NCBI GenBank assembly: GCA_963668675.2
Contig: CAXXMB010000002.1
Coordinates: forward strand, 2,112,001 to 2,176,000
DNA from: an uncultured Desulfatitalea sp.
GTDB taxonomy: Bacteria; Desulfobacterota; Desulfobacteria; Desulfobacterales; Desulfosarcinaceae
DNA: 64,000 nucleotides
Direction: 5' to 3'
The notes under the pieces are model-generated. The model worked only from the letters and a program-made list of their open reading frames with translations. It had not been told where the DNA came from and made no database searches. Below, piece after piece: positions 27,735-38,627 of this stretch. Within the stretch, counting starts at the first letter, position 1; each line of letters begins with the position of its first letter. The position numbers and the translations under genes were made by a program.

Positions 27735-29423
27735 TCAGGATAATTTTTTTAAGGTGTAGTACTGCTGGCCAATAGATACGAGGTTGCTGACCAGCCAGTA
27801 AAGAACCAATCCTGACGGAAAGTTAATGAAAATAAAGGTGAAAACGATCGGCATCAGCATCATCATTTTTGCCTGGGTCGGATCGCCCGGGGCGGGGGAC
27901 ATCTTCTGCTGCAGCAGCATGGTTGCCCCCATGATCAGGGTGAGTACCGGTACACCGTAAGGCGCCTCCATGAATGGTATCTTGAATCCGAACTCAAAAA
28001 GCCTGTCCGGAGCAGACAAGTCGTTGATCCATCCAAAGAAAGGAGCGTGTCTCAATTCAATGGCTTGGTAGAGCATGCGGTAGAGAGCAAAAAAGACCGG
28101 AAGTTGGATCACCATTGGAAGACAACCTCCCATGGGATTGATTTTATAAGTTCGATAGAGGGCCATGGTCTCTTGGTTGAGCCTGGCCTTGTCGCCTTTA
28201 TATTTTTCCCTGAGCTCTTGCATCAGCGGCTGCAGTTTTCGCATATCATTCATCGATTTATAGCTCTTGTTGGCCAAGGGCCAGAACGCCATGCGCGTAA
28301 CGATGGTCAGAATGATGATGGCAATGCCGTAGTTGGGGATGAACTTATGGATGAAGTTCATGAACCAGAGACACGGTTTGGCGATGATATCCACCCAGCC
28401 AAAATCGATTGCACGCTCGAGATCGTTCCCGACCGATTTCAGAAGATCCAGACTCTTGGGGCCCATAAAAAGGCCCAAATGCCATGTGTAGCTTTCACCG
28501 GGACCAAAAGTATGGTCCGCTATTACCAATTGATTTTCTATTATATTATCATTTATCGACAGCAACATGCGCCCATCGACAGCCTCTTTGCTCATGAGGC
28601 TTTTGATGAAATAGAGCCGTTCAGTGGCTATCCAACGCAGCTTTCCGCTGAGTTCGTTGGTCTCGTCGATATTTTTTATCTTCACCTGCTCGAGTTTGTC
28701 ATTGATAAATCCGCTGGGTCCGACGAAACCATAGACACCGCTATCCTTGTCGACCACATCTAGCAGACCGACCTGAATACCGCTATTGACGGCCTGATCG
28801 CTTCCATTGGTTACGGCAACATCTAGATCGATGACATATCTGTCCGGATCGAAGTGGTAGGTTTTCACCATCGTCCAGCCGGAACCCAAATCAAAGCTGA
28901 ACTTCAGTGACCTTGTTGCTTCATTTATCGTCAGCACATCCGCTTCGCTATCGACCTTATATATCCCTTTAATTTGCGCCTCCCTGGCGTATGCGCTCAG
29001 TGAACTCAGTACCGTGCCGCCCTTCAGTTCCGCAGGAATCAGCTCCTTATTCGGCGAGTCCTGATCCACACTCTCCCTAAAGCTTTTCAGCACCATACTC
29101 ACCACGGCGCCACCTTGCTCGGATAGACGCATGCGGTAAAGAGGCGTTTCAACGGTGATTGTGCGTGCCTTTTGCGAAGCAGCCGAAGGCAAAGCGCCAT
29201 CGTCTGTTTTCTCTCCATTTGTCTGTTCTGGGGCCATGCCCTTGCCCTTAACTGCTCGATCAGCCGGCATCGCCTTGCTCGTCGTGGTCGTAGCCGGCGG
29301 TTCAGCCTGTTGCTGGTCTGGAGCCACAGCCTGCTCCTGTGGCTTGGGCCCAAAGCTGATGCTCCACAGAAAAAAAATGAGGAACGAGAGCCCAATGGCC
29401 AACAAAAGTCGCTTTTGTTCCAT
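27735..29423 (-). CDS. yidC: Membrane protein insertase YidC
   Basis: NYGIAIIILT, NPMGGCLP, ELRHAPF, LYW motifs; RBS aaggag. Confidence 0.98.
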   Translation of the reverse strand: MEQKRLLLAIGLSFLIFFLWSISFGPKPQEQAVAPDQQQAEPPATTTTSKAMPADRAVKGKGMAPEQTNGEKTDDGALPSAASQKARTITVETPLYRMRLSEQGGAVVSMVLKSFRESVDQDSPNKELIPAELKGGTVLSSLSAYAREAQIKGIYKVDSEADVLTINEATRSLKFSFDLGSGWTMVKTYHFDPDRYVIDLDVAVTNGSDQAVNSGIQVGLLDVVDKDSGVYGFVGPSGFINDKLEQVKIKNIDETNELSGKLRWIATERLYFIKSLMSKEAVDGRMLLSINDNIIENQLVIADHTFGPGESYTWHLGLFMGPKSLDLLKSVGNDLERAIDFGWVDIIAKPCLWFMNFIHKFIPNYGIAIIILTIVTRMAFWPLANKSYKSMNDMRKLQPLMQELREKYKGDKARLNQETMALYRTYKINPMGGCLPMVIQLPVFFALYRMLYQAIELRHAPFFGWINDLSAPDRLFEFGFKIPFMEAPYGVPVLTLIMGATMLLQQKMSPAPGDPTQAKMMMLMPIVFTFIFINFPSGLVLYWLVSNLVSIGQQYYTLKKLS

Positions 29424-29561
29424 AGAAAACTCCTTCAATCATGACGGAATAGGGGACAGGACGGCATCGGTGCCAACATGGGCACGATGGGTGGATGGGG
29501 ATGGATGAAAACGGGTTGGTTCAGCAAAGCAAGTATTGATCGCATCTCGTCAGGCACACAA

Positions 29562-29789
29562 CTATGGAACCGGGTCGTATCCTCCGGCACTCCATGGGTG
29601 GCAACGCAACAGCCTTTTGAGGGCCATCACTCCTCCCTTGGGAACACCATACCGCTCAATGGCCATCATCGCGTAGTGCGAACAACTAGGCTCGAAACGG
29701 CACGACGGTCCGAGTATGGGCGACACCACCAACTGGTACACTCTAATCAGTACCCTGGCGGTCATCACGCCTGGCTTTCTATTGCTCAT
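29562..29789 (-). CDS. yidD: Membrane protein insertion efficiency factor YidD
   Basis: YQ..VSP...[10 protein letters not shown]...RCHPW..GGYDPVP. Confidence 0.95.
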   Translation of the reverse strand: MSNRKPGVMTARVLIRVYQLVVSPILGPSCRFEPSCSHYAMMAIERYGVPKGGVMALKRLLRCHPWSAGGYDPVP

Positions 29790-30195
29790 GAAACGCTGCA
29801 ATCTTTCCAAAAAGCCCTTCAAGGGATTGAAACACGTGTTGATTGCTACTGTTAGCCGCCTCTCGCTTGCCAATGACATGAATATCCCAATGGTATTTGA
29901 ATATATGGCGATTTTGGCGAAAATACTCTCTGGTGAGGCGTTTGATCCGATTTCGTGTCGCAGCGTTGCCTACTTTACGGCTAACGGTGATTCCAAGGCG
30001 ACAGCGCATAAGATGATTGGCACAAAAATAGGCGATAAATTGTCGGTTTCCCGTCTTTTTGCCAAGCCTTCCAATACGAAGGAATTCCGACCGCTCGAGC
30101 AGTCTGTCGGCCTTGCTGAATGTCTGCCTTGCTACTGAAATTGTCCTACCCTGTCCCCCTGCATCCGCATAATCCGTCCGGTCGCTACTCTTCAA
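29779..30195 (-). CDS. rnpA: Ribonuclease P protein component
   Basis: [21 protein letters not shown] motif; start uncertain. Confidence 0.95.
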   Translation of the reverse strand: MKSSDRTDYADAGGQGRTISVARQTFSKADRLLERSEFLRIGRLGKKTGNRQFIAYFCANHLMRCRLGITVSRKVGNAATRNRIKRLTREYFRQNRHIFKYHWDIHVIGKREAANSSNQHVFQSLEGLFGKIAAFHEQ

Positions 30196-30219
30196 ACAGG
30201 TAAATGGTTTCCCTCCTGA

Positions 30220-30354
30220 TTAGAGGGCCAATCGTTTGCGACCTTTGGCGCGTCTCCGGTTGATCACCGCGCGCCCGCCTTTAGTGGACATTCTTTTGCG
30301 AAACCCGTGGGTTCGCACCCTTCTGATTCTGCTCGGTTGATACGTTCTTTTCAT
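30220..30354 (-). CDS. rpmH: 50S ribosomal protein L34 (not in the supplied ORF track)
   Basis: Manual translation [44 protein letters not shown]. Confidence 0.98.
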   Translation of the reverse strand: MKRTYQPSRIRRVRTHGFRKRMSTKGGRAVINRRRAKGRKRLAL

Positions 30355-30606
30355 GATTCTTTTCCCTTGTTGTCACGTTACCATTGGGTATCAGGGGCCA
30401 TGCCCTGTTATTTTCCAAACAATTCGAACCGTTACACGTATATTGCTTGTAGAAACCGTGAGAGTAGTCACAAGCCGGCCAACTTGTCAACATTGAAAAG
30501 CAAGCCTAAGCTATTCACCGGCAATACAAGTGCTTTTGTCGTTTAACCCCCGTTTGTCCGTTCGTTGAATCGAAATATAGATGCGTTTGTGTCAGGTGCA
30601 GCTTAT

Positions 30607-32163
30607 CTACGTATAGGCCTCCAGCACATCGAACTCCTCCAGGTGAAAGCGTGTTTCCGGATAGATGGTCACCTGTCGGCCAATGTTCTTTTCCAATGTC
30701 GTGATAATTTGATTCTCCTCGCCCAGGAGCAACTCAGCGATGTAAGGGTTGACCTTTAGTGTCAACCCGCTACCGATCATATCGCGGCTGTTGCGCATGA
30801 TCTCTCGCTGAATGTTGTAACAGATGGTCTTTTTGGAAAGCAGATGGCCCTCCCCTTCACAATAGAAGCACGGTTCGCACAGCTGACGCGTCAGCGGTTT
30901 GCGTATGCGCTTGCGGGTCATCTGAATCAATCCCATTTCGGACATTGGCAGGATGTGGGTTTTGCTGCGATCTTTTGCGAACGCCTCGCTCAATGCGTTG
31001 AACACCTTCTCCTGGTTGGCCCGTTTCTCCATGTCGATAAAATCGATGATGATGATGCCGCCAATGTCCCGCAGCCGTATTTGGAAAGCGATCTCCTTCA
31101 CCGCTTCCAGATTGGTTTTGAGGATGGTCTCCTCCAGGTTGTGTTTGCCCACGTATCGACCGGTGTTCACATCAATGGCCACCAGCGCCTCGGTATGTTC
31201 GATGACGATGTATCCGCCTGATTTGAGCCACACCTTCTTTTTCAGCGCTCTGAAGATATCGCCCTCCAAGTTGTAGTAGTCGAAAATCGGCTCACTGCCC
31301 TCATAGAGCTCGACCGAATCTTTTAAATTGGGAATAAAGGTGTCCAGAAAGTTGAGGATCTCCTGGCATCCTCTTCGGGAATCGATAATCAGTTTTTCCG
31401 CCTCGTGGACCAAAAGATCTCGGACGGCCCTCAGACTGATATCAAGCTCCTGGTGGATCAGATTCGGAGCGCTGGCACTTTGATATCGCTTCTGAATACC
31501 GCTCCACAGGTTGTTAAGAAAGATCATCTCCTGGTCGATCTTGCTGGCACCGACCCCTTCGGCGGCTGTGCGCACAATGTAGCCGACTTTCTGCTCGCCA
31601 CGCAGCTCAGTTACCATATCCTTGAGACGCAGGCGCTCGGCCTCGTCTTCGATGCGCCGTGAGATGCCGATGTGGTTTGACGTCGGCATGAGCACCAGAA
31701 ACCGGCCTGGCAGAGAGATGTGACAGGTGATTCGAGCGCCTTTGGTGCCAATGGGGGTTTTGGCGACCTGAACCAGCATCTCCTGCCCCTCTGAGATCAG
31801 ATCGACGATGTTGGTTGAACCTTTTTCGTTCGGTGGTCCCAAACGACTTCGGTTCTTTTCCTGCTCCGTTTCGTCGTCCTCATCTTCGTCACTCTCCCCG
31901 TACATGGCTTCGAACCCGTCGAAATTGTTGGTGACGATGTCGTTCACATAGAGAAAGGCCGCCTGCTGCAATCCGATATCGACAAAAGCCGCCTGCATGC
32001 CGGGCAAAACCCGCTGAACGCGTCCCTTGTAAATGTTTCCTGAACTGTCCGAAGCGCCCTGCCGCTCGATGAACAGCTCGGATATGTTGCCATCTTCAAT
32101 CAACGCCACCCGTGTTTCATGTGGCATGTCGTTTATAATAATCTTTTTGTTTGTCATAACCAT
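30607..32163 (-). CDS. rng: Ribonuclease E/G family (RNase G-size)
   Basis: GNIYKGRV..VLPGMQAAFVDIG, IDVNTG, IIIDFIDM, CFYC. Confidence 0.95.
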   Translation of the reverse strand: MVMTNKKIIINDMPHETRVALIEDGNISELFIERQGASDSSGNIYKGRVQRVLPGMQAAFVDIGLQQAAFLYVNDIVTNNFDGFEAMYGESDEDEDDETEQEKNRSRLGPPNEKGSTNIVDLISEGQEMLVQVAKTPIGTKGARITCHISLPGRFLVLMPTSNHIGISRRIEDEAERLRLKDMVTELRGEQKVGYIVRTAAEGVGASKIDQEMIFLNNLWSGIQKRYQSASAPNLIHQELDISLRAVRDLLVHEAEKLIIDSRRGCQEILNFLDTFIPNLKDSVELYEGSEPIFDYYNLEGDIFRALKKKVWLKSGGYIVIEHTEALVAIDVNTGRYVGKHNLEETILKTNLEAVKEIAFQIRLRDIGGIIIIDFIDMEKRANQEKVFNALSEAFAKDRSKTHILPMSEMGLIQMTRKRIRKPLTRQLCEPCFYCEGEGHLLSKKTICYNIQREIMRNSRDMIGSGLTLKVNPYIAELLLGEENQIITTLEKNIGRQVTIYPETRFHLEEFDVLEAYT

Positions 32164-32211
32164 CCAAATTTATGTATTTTTTTATAAAGCTACCGCTAAT
32201 GGACCCCAATG

Positions 32212-34734
32212 TCAACTGCTGCGCCCTTCCGGTGCATCCGCCAATTTTACCACTCTCACTTGCCGCGCCTCGTTTTCCGAAAGCGACAGCACCTCCTGAA
32301 GGAGAACGGTTGGGCGGATGATGTAAGGTTTCATCCGTTTTGCGGCCACATAAAGGATGTGATCGTCGATAAACGCAACTCTTTGGAAGCACGCCTTTAG
32401 ATCGATGATCTGCGTTTGCCCTTTTCGGTTGATGCGCTCGTAGGGCCACTGATCGGACGCAAGAAATCGATCCAGCCGGCCGGAATCGATGGCGTTGCGA
32501 TCAATATACAGATGATAAGCGTCCACTTCGGCCCTGAACTTCTCCTTGCGGGTAGTGACAATGCAACAGGTGACCACCCGGATGCCCTCAGGCAGTTGCG
32601 GGTTGAGCCGCTCTATCAAATCGCTGCATGGGTAATCGCCCGCCGGCTTGACCCACATTCGTTCGGCCTGGCTCTCCATCCCCAAGGGCAGCGGGTTATC
32701 GAAGGAGATCTGCGGCATGGGATGAAATCCATGCGAATACAACAACTTGATTCCCGCACGTCGAAAGGCAGCCGCAAACATTTTGATCATCTCCAGGTGA
32801 CCGAAGAAGCGCGCCGGACCCATTTTGGTCCACACCAGCTCTCGCTCGACCGATGTCGCATCGACACACTCAATCGCCTGAACCGCCTTTGGTGCAGGCG
32901 CATCATCGAAGACACGCGGGTGGATCTCTTCAAAATCGCACACCCCGCACTGTCCACACGCTCCATACCGGCAATCTTCCAGCCGCTTGCCCTCGAGTGC
33001 CGCTTCGAGTTCTGCACGCAGAAAGCGGTCAGTTGCCCCCGAATCCATATGCTGCCAGGGCAGCGGCTCGTCCAGGCGCCGCTCCCGTTCGGTGAAAAAC
33101 CGCGCATCAACACCACTCTCTCGAATAGCCTGCTGCCAGCGCGAAAAATCGAACTGTTCGCTCCAGCCGTCGAAGGTGCATCCCAGCCGCCAGGCGCGCT
33201 CGATCACCGCTGCCATCCGCCGATCCCCCCTGGCCAGCAGCCCCTCGAGAAGGCTCATCTCAGGACTCTGCCATTTGATCTGCACGCCCGGCCCCTTCAG
33301 TTTGGCGGCGATCTGATCCATACGGGCTCGTGAAACCGCGGTGGAGAGTTGGCTCGCCCACTGGAACGGGGTGTGCGCTTTGGGAATGAAGGTGGTAATA
33401 CTGACGTTGATCTGGCCTCGCCGCCTTTGGGGACCCTCTATCTTTTTGAGCGACTGCACCATTTCGATAATCGCCTCGATATCGGCCTCGCTCTCCGTCG
33501 GTAGACCGATCATGAAGTATAGCTTGATGACACGCCACCCAAGCCCAAATGCGTGTTCGACGGTCGACGCGACGTCTTCGAAACGGATATTCTTATTGAT
33601 CACATCCCTCAATCGCTGGCTGCCGGCCTCTGGTGCAATGGTAAAGCCGGTTTTGCGGACCTTCTTAATAAGGGCCATCAGATTGGGGGTTAATGTTCCG
33701 GCCCGGATCGATGGCAGTGAAACGGCGACATGCTCCGACTGACAGCGCTGCATGAGCGCCTCCATGAGCGGAATAAGACACGTGTAATCGCCGGTACTCA
33801 GTGATAGCAGCGACAGGTCATCATAACCGGTAGCGGCCAGTGAGCTTTCAACCAGATCGAGCAGGGTGCGGGGGCTGCGTTCACGCACGGGCCGGTAGAT
33901 CATGCCGGCCTGACAGAAACGGCATCCCCTGGTGCAACCGCGCGAAATCTCCAGGCGCAGCCGGTCGTGGATCGGTTTGCCAAAAGGGATCACGGGTTGT
34001 TCTGGAAAAAAAGCGCTGTCCAGGTCAGGCACCACTGCCCGGCGAACGGTGGACGCACCCGATTGAATCGCGGACAGATGTTGAAACCCCTCCTGATCAT
34101 AAGCTGCTTTATAAAGGGAGGGTATATAGAGCCCTTCTATTTTCGACCAGTGCTCCAATAGTCTCTGCCGGTCCCGTCCATCCTGCTCTTTCCATCTTAT
34201 CCAGGTAGCAGCCATCTGCAGCAGCGCCTCCTCGCCATCGCCAAATAGCATGGCATCGAAAAAGGGCGCCATGGGCTCCGGATTGCTCACGCAAGGCCCC
34301 CCGGCAATGACCAGCGGGTGGCGATCCTCGCGCTGGTGCGCGTAGACGGGTATGCCGGCCATATCGAGCATGTTGAGCACATTGGTGAAGTTGAGCTCGT
34401 AAAGGAGGCTGAATCCGATGATGTGAAATCGATTCAGCGGTGTCTGGCTCTCAAGGCTGCAGAGCGGCATCCGGTTTTCGCGAAGCTGCTGCTCCATATC
34501 ACCGGCCGGCGCATAGACACGCTCTGCATAAATATCCGCGTCGCGATTTAGCAGGTGGTAAAGAATCTGGATACCGAAGTGGGACGTACCGATCTCGTAA
34601 AGGTCCGGAAAGGCCAGTGCCATATGCAGCTTAACCCCAGCGGGGACTTTGACGCACCGGTTGACCTCAGTCCCGAGATAGCGGCTTGGCTTTTCGACCT
34701 TGCCCAAGAGATCTTGAATGCACATATTGCGCAT
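32212..34734 (-). CDS. TIGR03960-type radical SAM protein fused to a TIGR03936/DUF2344-like domain
   Basis: FPDLYEIG, RGCTRGCRFC, APEAG; C-terminal YSHGFHP.P.ISF..PLPLG.ES.AE. Confidence 0.9.
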   Translation of the reverse strand: MRNMCIQDLLGKVEKPSRYLGTEVNRCVKVPAGVKLHMALAFPDLYEIGTSHFGIQILYHLLNRDADIYAERVYAPAGDMEQQLRENRMPLCSLESQTPLNRFHIIGFSLLYELNFTNVLNMLDMAGIPVYAHQREDRHPLVIAGGPCVSNPEPMAPFFDAMLFGDGEEALLQMAATWIRWKEQDGRDRQRLLEHWSKIEGLYIPSLYKAAYDQEGFQHLSAIQSGASTVRRAVVPDLDSAFFPEQPVIPFGKPIHDRLRLEISRGCTRGCRFCQAGMIYRPVRERSPRTLLDLVESSLAATGYDDLSLLSLSTGDYTCLIPLMEALMQRCQSEHVAVSLPSIRAGTLTPNLMALIKKVRKTGFTIAPEAGSQRLRDVINKNIRFEDVASTVEHAFGLGWRVIKLYFMIGLPTESEADIEAIIEMVQSLKKIEGPQRRRGQINVSITTFIPKAHTPFQWASQLSTAVSRARMDQIAAKLKGPGVQIKWQSPEMSLLEGLLARGDRRMAAVIERAWRLGCTFDGWSEQFDFSRWQQAIRESGVDARFFTERERRLDEPLPWQHMDSGATDRFLRAELEAALEGKRLEDCRYGACGQCGVCDFEEIHPRVFDDAPAPKAVQAIECVDATSVERELVWTKMGPARFFGHLEMIKMFAAAFRRAGIKLLYSHGFHPMPQISFDNPLPLGMESQAERMWVKPAGDYPCSDLIERLNPQLPEGIRVVTCCIVTTRKEKFRAEVDAYHLYIDRNAIDSGRLDRFLASDQWPYERINRKGQTQIIDLKACFQRVAFIDDHILYVAAKRMKPYIIRPTVLLQEVLSLSENEARQVRVVKLADAPEGRSS

Positions 34735-34775
34735 GTTATGTACGCTCTGTCTTGCTCTGGCTGTAAAGCCAATTC

Positions 34776-36179
34776 GTGGAGAAAATGAAAAAAACGCTAT
34801 TCATGTCAGACTTCGACCCCCAAATCAAGCTCAAATCCGCCATCGTGATGGCTCTCCTTCTTCTGACGGCGCTGCCGGCTGCTGCATTTGATCGCCGCAC
34901 CCCGGTGGTACGGGCCGTCGACAGGGTAGGGCCGGCTGTGGTCAACATAAGTTCCGAATACCAAGTGCACAACCGGAACAATCCATTTGGTGGCAACCCC
35001 CTGTTCGACAACTTCTTTAGGGATTTTTTCGAACACCAGCCCCAGAAGCGGGTCAGTCTGGGTTCCGGTGTCATCATCGACGGTAAACGCGGCTTCATTC
35101 TCACCAACGCGCATGTGATCGAAGCGAGCACATCGATTAGTGTGGTGCTCCAGGATGATCGTCAATTCGACGTGCGCATCGTGGGTGCCGATCCAGACTC
35201 GGACCTGGCCGTGCTGCAGATAGACACCGACACCACCCTGCCTGCCATCGATATGGGCAATTCGGATGACATTATGATCGGCGAGACCATCATCGCCATC
35301 GGCAACCCTTTCGGCTTTTCACATACGGTAACCACCGGCGTGGTCAGCGCCGTCAATCGAAGCATCAAGACCGAAGACCGCGTTTTCCACGACTTTATCC
35401 AGACCGATGCATCGATCAATCCGGGTAACAGTGGTGGTCCGCTGCTCAACATCAACGGCGAACTGATCGGCATCAACACGGCCATTTACGCCAAGGCCCA
35501 GGGAATCGGGTTTGCCATTCCCATCAACAAAGCCAAACGCATTATCGCCGATCTTATACAATACGGCCACGTGATACAGGCCTGGATCGGAGTTGCGGTG
35601 CAGGACCTGGATGGACGCATGGCTGCCTACCTCGGTATAAAGGGAGTCGAAGGCGTTGTGGTCACCCAAGTAGAAGAAGATAGCCCGGCAGCAGCGGCTG
35701 GCGTCGAAAGCGGCGATTTGATCATCGCAATGGGGCGCCGCAGCATCACCTCCGTAAATGACTACCTCTCATCGACCCGTTCCCTTTCGGCCGGAGAGCC
35801 GGCCCGCCTCAAAATACTCAGAAACGCCAAACCCATAAAAATGGTCATCGAAACGCGCGCCTATCCCCAAAAGCGTGTGCCGGACCTTGCGTGGCGCAAG
35901 CTGGGGGTTAGGGTTCAAGACATCGATAAGAAGATGCGCCGCCGATTTCGAATCGTCGCCGACACAGGTGTTGCGATCACCGAGGTGCGCAACGGCTCGC
36001 ATCTGGCCCATATCGGTGTCTCCGCCGGCGATGTGATCGTGCAACTCGATGATCAGACCATCGCCGCCCTCGATGAATTTACATCCGCCATGATCAAATG
36101 CCGCCTCAAATCGTCGGTATTGCTCCTGGTCCAGCGCGATGAGCGTGTCTACTATCTGACGGTGCGCATGTCCCCCTAA
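34776..36179 (+). CDS. HtrA/DegQ-family serine protease with two PDZ domains
   Basis: TNAHV, DLAVL, INPGNSGG triad; signal peptide; start may be 34785 or 34803. Confidence 0.95.
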   Translation: MEKMKKTLFMSDFDPQIKLKSAIVMALLLLTALPAAAFDRRTPVVRAVDRVGPAVVNISSEYQVHNRNNPFGGNPLFDNFFRDFFEHQPQKRVSLGSGVIIDGKRGFILTNAHVIEASTSISVVLQDDRQFDVRIVGADPDSDLAVLQIDTDTTLPAIDMGNSDDIMIGETIIAIGNPFGFSHTVTTGVVSAVNRSIKTEDRVFHDFIQTDASINPGNSGGPLLNINGELIGINTAIYAKAQGIGFAIPINKAKRIIADLIQYGHVIQAWIGVAVQDLDGRMAAYLGIKGVEGVVVTQVEEDSPAAAAGVESGDLIIAMGRRSITSVNDYLSSTRSLSAGEPARLKILRNAKPIKMVIETRAYPQKRVPDLAWRKLGVRVQDIDKKMRRRFRIVADTGVAITEVRNGSHLAHIGVSAGDVIVQLDDQTIAALDEFTSAMIKCRLKSSVLLLVQRDERVYYLTVRMSP

Positions 36180-36201
36180 TCCCTGAACCGTGAGGATTGC
36201 C

Positions 36202-37566
36202 ATGCAACGAGAAAAAATTGCCAGGCTCTTGAAGGCCACTGCCCCGCACGACCGTGTGCTCGTCAAAGGGTGGGTACGCACCAAACGCGATGCCAAAGAG
36301 TTCTCTTTCATCGAATTGAACGATGGCTCATGCCTGGTCAACCTCCAGATCATTGCCGAGGCGGCAATGCTGCCCAACTACGACGAGGTACGCAAAATTA
36401 CGACCGGAGCGGCCCTGAGTGTCGAGGGGCGCCTGGTGCCTTCCCAAGGCAAGGGCCAGCAGTGGGAGGTTCGAGCCACAGCCGTTGTGGTCATCGGATC
36501 GGCTCCCGAAGACTACCCCCTGCAGAAGAAACGCCACACCGATGAATACCTGCGTTCCATTGCCCACCTGAGACCACGCACCAACAAATATGGGGCTGCT
36601 TTCCGCATTCGTTCAGAGCTGGCATTTGCCATCCATCACTTTTTCCACGAGCGCGATTTTCGCTACATCCACACCCCGATCCTGACCGCCTCTGACTGCG
36701 AAGGTGCCGGGGAGATGTTTCGCGTCACCACTCTACCGACCGGCAAAGGTCAAATGGACGAAGATTTTTTCGGCACCGAAGCCAACCTGACCGTATCGGG
36801 GCAGTTGGAGGCCGAAATGTTAGCGCTCTCCCTGGGCGATGTCTACACCTTCGGCCCCACCTTCCGTGCCGAGAACTCAAACACACGCCGCCACGCTGCG
36901 GAGTTCTGGATGGTCGAACCCGAAATGGCCTTCTGCGATCTCGAACAGAACATGGCCGTGGCTGAAGCGCTGATCAAATACGTGACCCATTTTACCCTTG
37001 CGCACTGCAAAGAGGACATCGATCTTTTCGCACGATTTGTGGACAAGGAGCTGATGGCGAAACTTGATCAGTTGATATCATCCGATTTTGAGCGGTTACC
37101 CTACAAAGAGGCGGTTGCAACGCTTGAAAAGAGCGGTCAATCCTTTGAATATCCCATCGCTTACGGCCAGGACCTGCAGAGCGAGCACGAGCGCTATCTC
37201 ACCGAAAAGGTCTATGGCAAACCGGTGATCGTCTACGATTTTCCAGAGCGCATCAAACCGTTTTACATGCGTCTGAACGACGATGCTGAAACAGTGGCCT
37301 CTATGGATGTACTGGTTCCCGGTATCGGCGAAATCATCGGTGGCAGCCAGCGCGAGGAGCGCCACGACATACTGGTCGAACGAATGGAGAGAATCGGGCT
37401 TTCAAAGGAGACCTACTGGTGGTATGTGCAATCGCGCTACTACGGCAGCGTTCCTCACAGCGGCTTTGGTCTGGGTTTCGAGCGTCTGATCATGATGATG
37501 ACTGGCATCGGCAACATCAGGGACGTGATTCCTTTTCCCAGAACCCCCAAAAACATTGAGTTCTGA
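36202..37566 (+). CDS. asnS: Asparagine--tRNA ligase
   Basis: GWVRTKR, HLRPRTN, SDCEGAGE, LTVSGQL, FRAENSNT.RH..EFWMVEPE, GFGLGFERL. Confidence 0.97.
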   Translation: MQREKIARLLKATAPHDRVLVKGWVRTKRDAKEFSFIELNDGSCLVNLQIIAEAAMLPNYDEVRKITTGAALSVEGRLVPSQGKGQQWEVRATAVVVIGSAPEDYPLQKKRHTDEYLRSIAHLRPRTNKYGAAFRIRSELAFAIHHFFHERDFRYIHTPILTASDCEGAGEMFRVTTLPTGKGQMDEDFFGTEANLTVSGQLEAEMLALSLGDVYTFGPTFRAENSNTRRHAAEFWMVEPEMAFCDLEQNMAVAEALIKYVTHFTLAHCKEDIDLFARFVDKELMAKLDQLISSDFERLPYKEAVATLEKSGQSFEYPIAYGQDLQSEHERYLTEKVYGKPVIVYDFPERIKPFYMRLNDDAETVASMDVLVPGIGEIIGGSQREERHDILVERMERIGLSKETYWWYVQSRYYGSVPHSGFGLGFERLIMMMTGIGNIRDVIPFPRTPKNIEF

Positions 37567-37589
37567 TAAGGCTGCGCCCTCTCAGCATA

Positions 37590-38381
37590 TCACTCTTTAA
37601 GGCATCTGAGTTTAGCCAGGTCCTCGGCATATCCGTACAGGTGCAATCCCTTGCTCTCCACTACCATCTCACCGTCTTTGACGCCGATGGCGCCGGCCAT
37701 ATAGTCTTTCAGATTCTGGATCCCCGCCAGGTTGGCTGGCAATCCTCCCCACAGATCCCATGACCGGAAATAGACGATAAAGTGGAGTGTGTCGTCTTGG
37801 ATGCGTGTATCGATCGAACGCAAACAGGGCGGATCGACCAAGGTGACATCGGACGGATGAGCAATCTGAAGAACCATCTGGTTGTTACGATGGCCATGTC
37901 GTTTATACGTTTCGATGATCCATTCGATCTGGTTCAGATAGAGGCGCCCGTTCTCCTCGAAAACGATGGTACCGTCCACCTCCCGCAGATCTATTATTTC
38001 CCTGTTTTCCTGTTCCCACCACATCCGCTTGTCGCCACTGATGGGTACCCGGGTCAGCCGTTCGCCATAGGTATAGGATTCGCCAGGCTCCTTATGGCCG
38101 GTCATGAGATATTCGATGTAGGAACGGTCGTAACCCTCTCCGCCATAGATATAGGCCTCCTCCACAGGATTGGGGATGCCACAACTCGGTGGTATGTCCG
38201 GAATGAGGGGCAAGGTACCCGGATAGAGGACATGCCCCGTAAAATAGTCATACTCCAACCGTGTCTGTCCGGCGTAGGAGCCGCGATCAATGGTAAAACG
38301 TCTGCCGTGGTCTAGGATGTCGTGTACTGCCTGGAACCATAAATCAGGCAGATCCCTTGCTTTTATATTGTGTAGGCGCAT
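37590..38381 (-). CDS. thyA: Thymidylate synthase, short archaeal/methanogen-like type
   Basis: YTYGERL, DPPCL (catalytic Cys), FRSWD, PAN, GLHLY; no canonical C-terminal tail. Confidence 0.8.
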   Translation of the reverse strand: MRLHNIKARDLPDLWFQAVHDILDHGRRFTIDRGSYAGQTRLEYDYFTGHVLYPGTLPLIPDIPPSCGIPNPVEEAYIYGGEGYDRSYIEYLMTGHKEPGESYTYGERLTRVPISGDKRMWWEQENREIIDLREVDGTIVFEENGRLYLNQIEWIIETYKRHGHRNNQMVLQIAHPSDVTLVDPPCLRSIDTRIQDDTLHFIVYFRSWDLWGGLPANLAGIQNLKDYMAGAIGVKDGEMVVESKGLHLYGYAEDLAKLRCLKE

Positions 38382-38627
38382 GGTTCGTTTCCTTGGCTTT
38401 CGTCACCGAACGATTCGCTTGGAAATGTCCAGGTGTGTTTGATTCGATTATATCGAACAAAAATCAATTCTGTTTTTTTCCTTGACACTCTATTTTTTGT
38501 GTGCGAAAGGTCACTTGCGCTTGCATTTCGTTCTTCTCTTCCTGCCTTTCCTACTGTGCTGTAAAACTTGAACTGGACTGGAGCTGGAGCAGTTTATCCT
38601 GACTTGATTAAAAGCGCACCCTATTCA

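Noticed and set aside
32113..32128. parS-like tgtttcatgtggcatg in rng
   Set aside because: The right half deviates strongly from the palindrome and the site is within coding sequence.
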